Shown: positions 1 through 7,872 of the stretch, piece by piece | How the letters are laid out: every line of letters begins with the position of its first letter | Numbering within the stretch: position 1 is the stretch's first letter | Assembly: GCA_029821195.1 (NCBI GenBank) | Contig: JALGTU010000003.1 | Location: 1-47,058, forward strand | DNA: 47,058 bases | Direction of reading: 5' to 3' | DNA from: Candidatus Zipacnadia bacterium | GTDB taxonomy: Bacteria > Armatimonadota > Zipacnadia > Zipacnadales > Zipacnadaceae | Translations under genes and position numbers: made by a program | Notes under the pieces: generated by a model | Databases searched by the model: none | Seen by the model: only the letters and a program-made list of their open reading frames with translations | Told to the model about the DNA's origin: nothing

Positions 1-264
1 ACCTACGACCAAGCTGCGGCCCGTGACTTGATATCTGATGTGCTGAGCGTCTGGCGCGAGCAAGGCGTCTTCGAGTGCATCAGCCCGTACGCTCCGCCCA
101 AGGACGAGGGATATGCCGCGAGCGCCGCCTGTATACTGGGCGCAGTGCGGGCGGACAAGAAACTAGCCCGGATTATTGATGAACGGCTTGTGGGAAACCC
201 GCTTTTTAGGCAAAAAAAGCCGGTTTCCCACACCCTTCCGGCAAAAACTTTGAAAGTTGAGTAG
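1..264 (+). CDS. 3' end of a gene truncated by the window edge, function unclear
   Basis: Frame 1 is open from base 1 (TYDQAAARDLISDVLSVWREQGVFECISPY...YAASAA) to TAG at 262-264. The last ~25 codons run through a palindromic repeat. Confidence 0.5.
   Translation, partial: TYDQAAARDLISDVLSVWREQGVFECISPYAPPKDEGYAASAACILGAVRADKKLARIIDERLVGNPLFRQKKPVSHTLPAKTLKVE
189..251. repeat. Palindromic repeat element (TGTGGGAAACC-T-tract/A-tract-GGTTTCCCACA ... AAAAACTTT)
   Basis: 11-bp perfect inverted repeat at 189-199/222-232 with an inner GCTTTTT/AAAAAGC stem, followed by CCCTTCCGGCAAAAACTTT. Confidence 0.6.
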
Positions 265-265
265 C

Positions 266-314
266 GCAGTTGACAGTTGCAGCGTGTCGCTGCTGACAAT
301 GAACTGTGAACTGC
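266..314. other. Intergenic stem-loop
   Basis: GCAGTTGACAGTT (266-278) pairs with AACTGTGAACTGC (302-314) with one mismatch and encloses GCAGCG-tgt-CGCTGC. It lies just after the stop at 264. Confidence 0.45.
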
Positions 315-400
315 CGTCAATGGCTTTTGAGCGGTATCTGCACATCTTTCGAAGGCTGATCCCTTTTATCTTCGTGAGTAATGCAGGCTAGGAGTCAGAA

Positions 401-700
401 ATGGCCCGCCCGCTTGAAGAACTGGTGCGTGAGGTCGAAGGGGCAATTGGGCAGCCCATCGTGCTCCGGGCGGTCCGCACACCGGAGCGAGAGCTGCGCG
501 GGCGTATAGTGTCCCGGGCGGGCTACTTGCTGCTGGAATACCGCGATGATACGCCCGGGTACTTCTGGCATCACGATATAATCAGAGAGCTGCTGGCACT
601 GGTCCGTGAGGGCTGCGAGGAATTTGTGCTATACGACTGGGACGCGGCTCTGCAGGGCCTGGCCGGCGAATCAAACCAGGACTTCACCGAGGACAAATGA
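401..700 (+). CDS. Hypothetical protein, 99 aa
   Basis: AGGAG RBS upstream, GC3-rich codons and an ATGA overlap with the next gene. No family recognised. Confidence 0.75.
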   Translation: MARPLEELVREVEGAIGQPIVLRAVRTPERELRGRIVSRAGYLLLEYRDDTPGYFWHHDIIRELLALVREGCEEFVLYDWDAALQGLAGESNQDFTEDK

Positions 701-1662
701 TGCAAAGCTGCCGCACGCTGCCCACCAGGATGGTTGTCAACGCGATTGTCATTGGCTGTTGCCTGGCGCTAAGCGCGATATCCTGTGGCGATAGCGACAA
801 GACCGGCGAGCCACGGGTGGTGGCAATCGTAAACGGTACGCCGATCACCGAGGCCCAGCTCATCGAGCGGCTCAAGTACGGCCCCGGCCCGCGGGCGCTG
901 CTGAGAAGGATTGACGCCTGTTTGATATCGGCGGAGGCCGCCCGGCGCAAGATCAGCCCGGGCCGCGAGCAAGTCGAGCTCAAGCTCAGCCAGGCGGCCT
1001 CGCGATTCGGCTCCGAGCAGGAGCTGGCGGCAATGCTGCGCCAGCGCAACGCCTCGCTGGCCGAATTGAAAGACCGCCTGCGCCTGGACGCGATGCTCGA
1101 TACCATAGCAATGCAGCAGATCACGGTCGAGGATGGCGAAGTGCAGCAGTATTACCAGGAGCACCTCGATGAGTTCTCGCACGGTGAGCAGGTGCGGGCG
1201 CGGATGATACTGACCGAGACTCAGGAGAATGCGGAAACGATCAAGGGCGCGCTGGACGCCGGGGGCGACTTCGCCGGGCTGGCTGAGGCGCTGTCCATTG
1301 ATCCCGCCACCGCCGAACAAGGCGGCGATATGGGCTACTTCGAGCGCGAGGATTACGCCCAGGAAATAGCAGAGGTGGCCTTCGCCCTGGCGCCGGGGCA
1401 AGTCAGCGCCCCCTTTGCGGTCCCGGACGGCTACTGCATCATCAAAATCGAGGAGCGCCGCGCCGCCGGCGTCAGGCCGCTGCAGCAAGTACGCGATCAG
1501 ATCATCTCGCGCCTGAAGCATAAGCAGCGCGGTAAGATGCGCCAGGAGTGGCTGGTGCAGCAGCGCCAGCGGGCACGCCTGAAGATCCCCGACCCGCGGT
1601 TGCGCGGGCTCGTAGAGGTGCTGTTGGACAACGCCCCTCCGCCCAATCCCTATGAGTTTTGA
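697..1662 (+). CDS. PrsA/SurA-like foldase (parvulin PpiC domain), probable lipoprotein
   Basis: Signal peptide with LSAISC lipobox, VAIVNGTPITE N-domain, and GGDFAGLAEALSIDPATAEQGGDMGYF parvulin motif. Confidence 0.88.
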   Translation: MMQSCRTLPTRMVVNAIVIGCCLALSAISCGDSDKTGEPRVVAIVNGTPITEAQLIERLKYGPGPRALLRRIDACLISAEAARRKISPGREQVELKLSQAASRFGSEQELAAMLRQRNASLAELKDRLRLDAMLDTIAMQQITVEDGEVQQYYQEHLDEFSHGEQVRARMILTETQENAETIKGALDAGGDFAGLAEALSIDPATAEQGGDMGYFEREDYAQEIAEVAFALAPGQVSAPFAVPDGYCIIKIEERRAAGVRPLQQVRDQIISRLKHKQRGKMRQEWLVQQRQRARLKIPDPRLRGLVEVLLDNAPPPNPYEF

Positions 1663-1683
1663 CCAGCGAAGAGCGAAGCGAGG

Positions 1684-2727
1684 CTACTGCTCCAGCCACG
1701 TCAGCGGGTACCCGCCATACTTGTAGAACGACGAGTACAGCGCTTCGATGTTCTCGAAGGGCACCTCCGGGCCGACCTCGCCGTGCAGCATCACCCCCCC
1801 GTTGAAGTTGCCGAACGCGGCGATGGCCTCCTTGACCTTATCTTCAACCTGCTCCGGGGTGCCCCAGGGAATGGTCCACTGGCGGTCAATGTCGGTGCGG
1901 ATGCAGATCCGTCCGCCCACGATCTCGGCCACGCGCTCGATACCCATACAATCGTGCTGCGGGTTGAGCAAGGTGACGCCGATCTCGATAAGGTCTTCGA
2001 TGATATCCAGAATGTAACCGTCGGTGTGCATCCAGACGTGGATGCCAGCATCACGCGCCATCTCAAAGACCCGCCGGTAGCGGGGCTTGAAGAAGCTGCG
2101 CCACTGGTCGGGATGGATCAGCAGCCGGTCCTGCGCGCCCCAGTCGTCGCCCAGGACGATGCAGTCCACGTCGGTCTTGACATACCGCTCCAGTGCGTGC
2201 AGGTGGCGTTCGACCAGGCGGTCGGCCAGCTCGTGGACGCCTTCGTTGTCTTCGGCGAGGTCCATGAAGAGATTACTGGGCCCGCGCAGGTGCTCCATTG
2301 TCTCAAAGAAGCGCCCGCACCCCACTCGCACGAACTCCTCCGGATGGCGGGCTTCGACCTGGGCAGCAAACTCCTCGAAGTAACTATCATCGGGCAGGGG
2401 CGGAAACTCGTAGGTCCGCCACGCATCCCAGTCGGGGATTGCCGGTCGCAGCACCTCCCCGGAAGTGTAGCCGCGCAGCCGCCGCCAGACTACACCCCAC
2501 TCATCCTGCCACTCGACAACATCTTCGGCGTCCTCGTCTTGTGCGGGAGGCGGGAGGGTATTGTGCTTGATGTTCTCATTGTCGAAGTCGTCGGGATACT
2601 TGTCGGCCAGGTCGAGCAGGCGTTGGCCGTGACGCCAGATCGCGCCCGGGAAGATGTAGTGATGAATGGGGCACCGATCCGGGCCGGTGAATTCAATTGC
2701 CGCCAAAATGCGTTCGCGTGGAGTCAT
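1684..2727 (-). CDS. Uroporphyrinogen decarboxylase/MtaA-CmuA superfamily protein
   Basis: Motifs MTPRERILAAI, DEWGVVW, GDDWGAQDRLL, HVWMHTDG and VPFENI are typical of URO-D-like TIM barrels. Confidence 0.85.
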   Translation of the reverse strand: MTPRERILAAIEFTGPDRCPIHHYIFPGAIWRHGQRLLDLADKYPDDFDNENIKHNTLPPPAQDEDAEDVVEWQDEWGVVWRRLRGYTSGEVLRPAIPDWDAWRTYEFPPLPDDSYFEEFAAQVEARHPEEFVRVGCGRFFETMEHLRGPSNLFMDLAEDNEGVHELADRLVERHLHALERYVKTDVDCIVLGDDWGAQDRLLIHPDQWRSFFKPRYRRVFEMARDAGIHVWMHTDGYILDIIEDLIEIGVTLLNPQHDCMGIERVAEIVGGRICIRTDIDRQWTIPWGTPEQVEDKVKEAIAAFGNFNGGVMLHGEVGPEVPFENIEALYSSFYKYGGYPLTWLEQ

Positions 2728-2746
2728 GGCTGTTGCTCTTGCTCAT

Positions 2747-2927
2747 GGGGTAGCTATCGCTGAACGAGTATGGTCGGGTGAACTCAATCCAGCTCAGGAT
2801 TCGTTCGCTGTTATGCCCAATCATTTCCCCGAGATTATTATCATTAGACCCGTAGGGGCGCTGCTTGCCGCGCCCCGATGGGGCGCGATGGGTAACGCAA
2901 GGGACGCAGCAAGCAGCGCCCCTACGG
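2747..2927 (+). pseudogene. Relic of a REP-associated tyrosine transposase (RAYT, Y1/HUH family)
   Basis: One frame reads GVAIAERVW...DSFAVMPNHFPEIIII-RPVGALLAAP...AASSAPT, which resembles the RAYT core (DxFVVMPNHxHGIIxI) followed by its in-frame REP. The second His of HUH is lost and there is no N- or C-terminal part. Confidence 0.6.
2850..2927. repeat. GTAG-type REP doublet (REPIN), family A
   Basis: CCGTAGGGGCGCTGCTTGCcGCG ... CGCaGCAAGCAGCGCCCCTACGG long inverted repeat. Confidence 0.85.
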
Positions 2928-2935
2928 TGGTGTGT

Positions 2936-3637
2936 TTACGGCAAGATCCGCTCGGTGCGCAGGCGCGGCCAGAGCTTGGCGATCTGGAAGCCCTCGGCGT
3001 ACTTCACGCCGCACTGCTCTCCCCGGGTGCGGGCAATAATCTCAATGAACTCCGCCACGTCCATATTATCGTGGTCCATCATCCACTGTACCTGGCTCTG
3101 GTGGCATAGCAGCGCCGCGTGCTTCTTCTCGAAAGTGTCGGTGATGTCCACGTACAGCTCGGGGATGAAGTTGGTCGCTGCTACCGTGTCCATATAGAGG
3201 ATCGCGGCGATACCCTCTTGAGAGGCGTGTTCCGTCTCGATATGCGGCACCGTAGACAGGAAGCTCGCCGCAAAGACCAGGTCTGAGGCGGTGCGATGGT
3301 CGGGATGGTAGTCGTCCGGAGAGTGGGTGATGATCACATCGGGATTAGCCCAGCGGATGGCGTCAATCATCAACGTCCGCGTGCGCTTGTCGTGAAAGAG
3401 CCATTCGTCATTCTCCCCGATCATCAGGAACTCCGCCCCGATCGTCTCCGCGGCCTTACGGGCCTCGTTGGTGCGGATCTCGGCCAGCTCGTCAGGCGGA
3501 ATCTCTACGCTGCCCATATTGCCATTGGTGCAGACCACGTTGAAGACCTGGTCGCCCCGCTCGACATACTTAGCCAGCGTCCCCGCGCACAGAAACTCAA
3601 TATCATCGGGATGTGCTCCTACTGCCATTACACGCAT
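2936..3637 (-). CDS. PIG-L/LmbE family N-deacetylase
   Basis: AHPDD, TNG and DYHPDH motifs. Start trimmed to ATG 3637 to avoid overlap with glyA. Confidence 0.9.
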   Translation of the reverse strand: MRVMAVGAHPDDIEFLCAGTLAKYVERGDQVFNVVCTNGNMGSVEIPPDELAEIRTNEARKAAETIGAEFLMIGENDEWLFHDKRTRTLMIDAIRWANPDVIITHSPDDYHPDHRTASDLVFAASFLSTVPHIETEHASQEGIAAILYMDTVAATNFIPELYVDITDTFEKKHAALLCHQSQVQWMMDHDNMDVAEFIEIIARTRGEQCGVKYAEGFQIAKLWPRLRTERILP

Positions 3638-3656
3638 TTGCCTCACTGTCCTTTCG

Positions 3657-4904
3657 TCAGAGATCCTCATAGATAGGGAAGGCCTCGCACAGCCCCTGAA
3701 CCTGGCCCCGTACTTCTTCGAGGACCTCCGGGTTATCGCGGCCTTCGTGGATGACTCGGGCTATCCATTGCCCCACCAGCTTCATCTCCGGCTCTTTCAT
3801 TCCCCGGCTGGTCAGGCCGGGCGTGCCGGGCCGGATGCCGCTGGTCTCGGTGGCCGGGGCGGGATCGCCAGGGATAAGGTTCTTGTTGACCACCATGCCG
3901 GCCGCCTCCATCAGATCGGCGGCTTCCCGGCCAGTGATCTGTTTGTTGCGCAGGTCCACCAGCAGCAGGTGGTTGTCCGTGCCGCCGGTGACCAGCGTGA
4001 AGCCCTCTTCCAGCAAAGCCTGGCCCAGAGCCTGGCAGTTGCGGACGATCTGGCGCTGATACTCGCGGAAGCCGAATTCCTGGGCTTCTTTGAAGCAGAC
4101 CGCCTTGGCCGCGATGATCTGCATCAGCGGCCCGGCCTGGATACCGGGAAAGACCGCCCGGTCAATCTGGTCAGCATACTCTTGCTTGCACAGAATGAGT
4201 GCTCCGCGGGGCCCCCGCAGGGTCTTGTGGGTGGTGGAGGTGATCACATCAGCGTAGGGCACGGGCGTCGGATGGGCCTCGGCAGCCACCAGCCCGCTGA
4301 TGTGGGCGATGTCGGCCATCAGGTAAGCGCCCACCTCGTCGGCGATCTCGCGGAACCTCTTGAAATCAATGATGCGCGGGTAGGCGCTGTATCCGGCGAT
4401 GATGAGCCGGGGCCGGACCTCCTTGGCGGCCTCCATTATCATATCGTAGTTGAGCCGATCGGTGTCAGGGTCGAGACCATAGAAATGTGACTCATAGAAC
4501 TGTCCGCTGAAGCTGATGGGCGAGCCATGGGTGAGGTGACCGCCCGTGGCGACGCTCAGCGCCATTATCTTGTCACCGGGCTTGAGCAGCGCGTAGTACG
4601 TGGCCATATTAGCCTGCGAGCCGGTATGGAGCTGGACGTTGGCGTGGTCCGCGCCGAACAATTCCGTGGCCCGGTCAATGGCGAGCTGCTCCAGTTCGTC
4701 GTAGAACTCGCAGCCGTTGTAGAAGCGCTTATATGGATAGCCCTCAGCATACTTGTTGGTGAAGACCGAGCCCATCGCTGCCATCACCGCGCGGCTGGCG
4801 TAGTTCTCCGAGGGGATGAGCATAAGCGTCGTCTTCTGGCGCTCCAGCTCGTCTTGCATGATCCTGTAGACCTGGGCGTCGGCCTGATGCAAACTTCGGT
4901 TCAT
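3657..4904 (-). CDS. glyA: Serine hydroxymethyltransferase
   Basis: LIPSENY, NKYAEGYP, GGHLTHG, STTHKTLRGPRG (PLP Lys) and GGTDNHL motifs. Start set at ATG 4904. Confidence 0.97.
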   Translation of the reverse strand: MNRSLHQADAQVYRIMQDELERQKTTLMLIPSENYASRAVMAAMGSVFTNKYAEGYPYKRFYNGCEFYDELEQLAIDRATELFGADHANVQLHTGSQANMATYYALLKPGDKIMALSVATGGHLTHGSPISFSGQFYESHFYGLDPDTDRLNYDMIMEAAKEVRPRLIIAGYSAYPRIIDFKRFREIADEVGAYLMADIAHISGLVAAEAHPTPVPYADVITSTTHKTLRGPRGALILCKQEYADQIDRAVFPGIQAGPLMQIIAAKAVCFKEAQEFGFREYQRQIVRNCQALGQALLEEGFTLVTGGTDNHLLLVDLRNKQITGREAADLMEAAGMVVNKNLIPGDPAPATETSGIRPGTPGLTSRGMKEPEMKLVGQWIARVIHEGRDNPEVLEEVRGQVQGLCEAFPIYEDL

Positions 4905-5076
4905 TATTCTCACTTCTTTCAGGTAGACAGGGTATCGCTCCCCGCCCTGAGAGAGGTCTAAGCATTGCCCAAAGACAGCAGATAGATTCGTGCGAGGAAG
5001 GCGTTTCACCTTCTTGCCGCCACAGGCGGCCTGGTTGTACCGAGGTTATCGAACTGCCTGGACGCTGTCGCCTCCG

Positions 5077-5151
5077 GTAGGGGCGAAATATGCATGAGCA
5101 CATCCCCTCCTACATACGGCCCCATCCGACAGGCGAGACGCCTGTCCTACC
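5077..5151. repeat. REP cluster: degenerate GTAG..CTAC pair plus a family B copy (GACAGGCGAGACGCCTGTCCTACC)
   Basis: GTAGGGGCG at 5077 and CTCCTAC ending at 5113. The family B copy at 5128-5151 is near-identical to copies at 22537, 28933 and 39893. Confidence 0.75.
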
Positions 5152-6202
5152 GAGCCTCACTCAGCAGAATCTCGTCTTCGCGAAAGCGGCACGCCCGGAT
5201 CCAAGCGAGCGGCGCATCGCGCCGGATGTAGTTGACGCAGTAGACGATCCCGTCGGGAAGCTGCACCCAGCCCGAATACCCAGTATCGGGAGTAGGGCTG
5301 TTGTCGTGGTCGAGCATCATCACCTGCCCGCTTTGCTCGTCCGGGGTTGGCTGGAGGGTACTGTCAATCTCCTCCAGATAGGCCATCAGATTGTGCGCAC
5401 CGCGGCCTGCGCCGTGCAGCAACAGCCGGTAGGTGACCAGCACCCGCCCGCTTGCCAGCAGCCCGGCGGTGGGCCGGTGGCAGCCAATCATCAATGTCGG
5501 GTAGGGGCCATCCCAGGTCAGCCCGCCGTCGGCGGAGAAGCACTTGAAGCCCGGATAGGCTTGGCGGGAGTTCTCGCGCATGTAGCAGACCAGCTCGCCG
5601 TCGGGCAGCCGCAGGATGCTCGCCTCACAGTGGTTGTACCGGCCGTCGTCGGCGAGGGTGATCGGCCCCGGCCAGGTCAGGCCGCCGTCGGTGCTGCGGT
5701 GCAGGTACTGGCAGCGCCTGTCGGTCTCCTGGTTCTGCCAGTGGGTGGCGATGAGCAGCGTCCCGTCGGCCAGCTCGCAAGGCCGGTCCGGCACGATGCC
5801 GGGGATGCCCGTCTCCTGGCGGTCGCTCCAGCTCTCACCGTCGTCGCTCCACCACAGGAAGTTGGTCGCGCCTTCCTGGGTGTGGCGCTTCTCAAAGTCT
5901 GTTGCCGCGTTGCAGACCAGCAGCAGCCGCCCGTCTTGCAGTACGCGCATGCGTGGACAGTCGTAAGTCAGATAGTCGGCCGCATCTACCTTCGTGACGT
6001 CGGGCCCCTCGGCGACGACGATCCGCGCGCTCCAGGTCTCGCCGTCGTCATCGCTGACGCGGACGACTATCCGCGAGAACTTGGCGACTACGTGGTGATC
6101 CGACTCCCGGTAGGCCACCACCAGCCGCCCTGAAGCCAGCCGGGCCAGGTCGGGGAAGCATTCGTAGACGCTGTCGTCACGGGTTACCGTCAAGTAGTCC
6201 AC
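5147..6202 (-). CDS. BNR/Asp-box repeat sialidase-like beta-propeller protein
   Basis: Four Asp boxes (SDDDGETW, SDDGESW, STDGGLTW, SADGGLTW) and DTGYS. GTG start at 6202 with an AAGGGG RBS just after the purH stop. Confidence 0.85.
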   Translation of the reverse strand: MDYLTVTRDDSVYECFPDLARLASGRLVVAYRESDHHVVAKFSRIVVRVSDDDGETWSARIVVAEGPDVTKVDAADYLTYDCPRMRVLQDGRLLLVCNAATDFEKRHTQEGATNFLWWSDDGESWSDRQETGIPGIVPDRPCELADGTLLIATHWQNQETDRRCQYLHRSTDGGLTWPGPITLADDGRYNHCEASILRLPDGELVCYMRENSRQAYPGFKCFSADGGLTWDGPYPTLMIGCHRPTAGLLASGRVLVTYRLLLHGAGRGAHNLMAYLEEIDSTLQPTPDEQSGQVMMLDHDNSPTPDTGYSGWVQLPDGIVYCVNYIRRDAPLAWIRACRFREDEILLSEAR

Positions 6203-6213
6203 GGGATCACCCC

Positions 6214-7851
6214 TTAGTGCCAGAAATGGCGCATTCCGGTAAAGACCATCACCAGCCCGTGTTCGTTGGCCGCGGCGATGACCTCCTCGTCGGCCCGTGA
6301 GCCGCCCGGCTGGATGATCGCAACCGCGCCGGTCGCTGCCGCCGCGTCCAGCCCGTCGCGGGCCGGGAACATCGCGTCGGAGGCCAGTACCGAGCCCTGC
6401 GCACGGTTGCCGGCCTTGCGGGCGGCGATCAGGCACGAGTCAATCCGGCTCATCTGCCCGGCGCCGCAGCCGACCAGCCGCGTGCCCTGTACCAGCACAA
6501 TCGCGTTGCTCTTGACGTGCTTGGCGACCCTGTCGGCGAACAGCAGCGACTCGAGTTGCTCGGGCGTGGGCTGCTTTTCCGTCACTACCTGGATATCGTC
6601 GGGAGCGACAAACTGGGCGTCCTCGGTTTGAACGACCAGCCCGCCCGGAATCTTCTTCAGGTCGAGGTCGGGCTGGGTAGGCGCATCGAACTGGTCCATC
6701 TGCATGATGCGCAGGTTCTTGTGCCGGCGCAGAAGCTCGAGGGCCTCAGGTTCGTAACCGGGGGCGACGATGGCCTCGGCGAAGGCGCTGATAATCAGCG
6801 ACTCCTCGTCACCGGACTCCGCGCGGTAGCGCGGCGCGATCACCTGGTTGAGGAATCCTTTGTTCCCGATCATCTCGGCGGTCTCGGCGTCAATGACGCG
6901 GTTGAAGCCCATCACTGAGCCGAAGGCCGAGATCGGGTCGGCCGCCCAGGCATCCTGAAAGGCCTGGGCGAGCGTTGGCGCGCTGGCGAGTCCGCAGGGG
7001 TTGAGATGCTTGATAATTACCGCCGTCGGCTCGGTGAAGTCGCGGGCGGAGGTGAGCGCGGCGGTCAGGTCCAGGTAATTGTTGAACGACAGCTCCCGCT
7101 CGCCGTGAATCTTCTCAGCCTGGGCCAGGCCCGGCTCAGCCGCGTCAACCTGGGCGTAAAGCACGGCCTGCTGGTGGGAGTTCTCCCCGTAACGCAAATC
7201 CCCGCCCTGCTTGATGTACCACGGCGCGAAGTAGCCGGGGAACTCGCTCTCTTCGGTGGCGAACTGCTTGGAGAGATACTGGGCAATCGCCGCGTCGTAC
7301 TGGCCGGTGTGGGCAAAGACTTCCAGGGCGAGCTGGCGGCGGGTCTCGTCGGACACAGCACCGTCGTTGGCCTGCATCTCCGCGATAATCTCGTCATAGC
7401 GCTCCGGGTTACAGACCACCGCGACGCTGGCGAAGTTCTTGGCGGCCGAGCGCAGCATCGTCGGCCCACCGATGTCAATGTTCTCGACAGCCTCCTCCAG
7501 CGTCACGTCCGGCCTGGCGATCGTCTCCCGGAACGGATAGAGATTGACCACCACCAGGTCAATCAGCTCGATGCCGTGCGCTTCGGCCTCCTCGAGGTGC
7601 TCGGGGATATCCCGATTGGCGAGCAGCGCACCGTGAATCTTCGGATGCAGCGTCTTGACCCGGCCCTCCATCATCTCGGGGAAGCCGGTGTACTCCTCCA
7701 CCGCTGTCACCGGCACGCCGGCCTCCTGAAGCGCGCGCATGGTGCCACCGGTCGAGAGAATCGAGACGCCCATCTCGCTAAGCTGCCGGGCGAATTCGAC
7801 GATGCCCGTCTTGTCAGACACACTAATCAAGGCTCTCTGAATCTTGCGCAT
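6214..7851 (-). CDS. purH: Bifunctional AICAR transformylase/IMP cyclohydrolase
   Basis: RALISVSDKTG, GRVKTLHPKIH, IDIGGP, LRYGEN, KHLNPCG, GAGQMSR, ASDA and IIQPGGS motifs; C-terminus TGMRHF. Confidence 0.97.
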   Translation of the reverse strand: MRKIQRALISVSDKTGIVEFARQLSEMGVSILSTGGTMRALQEAGVPVTAVEEYTGFPEMMEGRVKTLHPKIHGALLANRDIPEHLEEAEAHGIELIDLVVVNLYPFRETIARPDVTLEEAVENIDIGGPTMLRSAAKNFASVAVVCNPERYDEIIAEMQANDGAVSDETRRQLALEVFAHTGQYDAAIAQYLSKQFATEESEFPGYFAPWYIKQGGDLRYGENSHQQAVLYAQVDAAEPGLAQAEKIHGERELSFNNYLDLTAALTSARDFTEPTAVIIKHLNPCGLASAPTLAQAFQDAWAADPISAFGSVMGFNRVIDAETAEMIGNKGFLNQVIAPRYRAESGDEESLIISAFAEAIVAPGYEPEALELLRRHKNLRIMQMDQFDAPTQPDLDLKKIPGGLVVQTEDAQFVAPDDIQVVTEKQPTPEQLESLLFADRVAKHVKSNAIVLVQGTRLVGCGAGQMSRIDSCLIAARKAGNRAQGSVLASDAMFPARDGLDAAAATGAVAIIQPGGSRADEEVIAAANEHGLVMVFTGMRHFWH

Positions 7852-7872
7852 AGCGTACTATCCTTTCCGTAG

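Noticed and set aside
270-300. TTGACA...GACAAT as a promoter
   Set aside because: The spacer is 19 nt, the -10 is weak, and the TTGACA is part of a hairpin arm.
1783-2763. Long antisense ORFs, for example 1783-2763, 3468-4490, 5090-6133, 8812-9918, 16525-17868, 25213-26361, 38940-40064 and 40898-42628
   Set aside because: They are shadows of well-supported genes on the opposite strand, as expected in high-GC DNA, and show no recognisable motifs.
4940-5015. Glycine or ZTP riboswitch before glyA
   Set aside because: CTCTCAGG is present, but the GGAGA/CCGAAG elements and the ZTP consensus are not. Kept only as an unassigned structured leader.
6203-6436. N-terminal extension of the BNR protein in the ORF track, and similar extensions at 4905-5009, 17156-17299, 31983-32198, 33275-33367, 42233-42376 and 45118-45225
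   Set aside because: They overlap neighbouring genes, promoters or leader DNA. Downstream starts fit the family N-termini and mostly have better RBSs.
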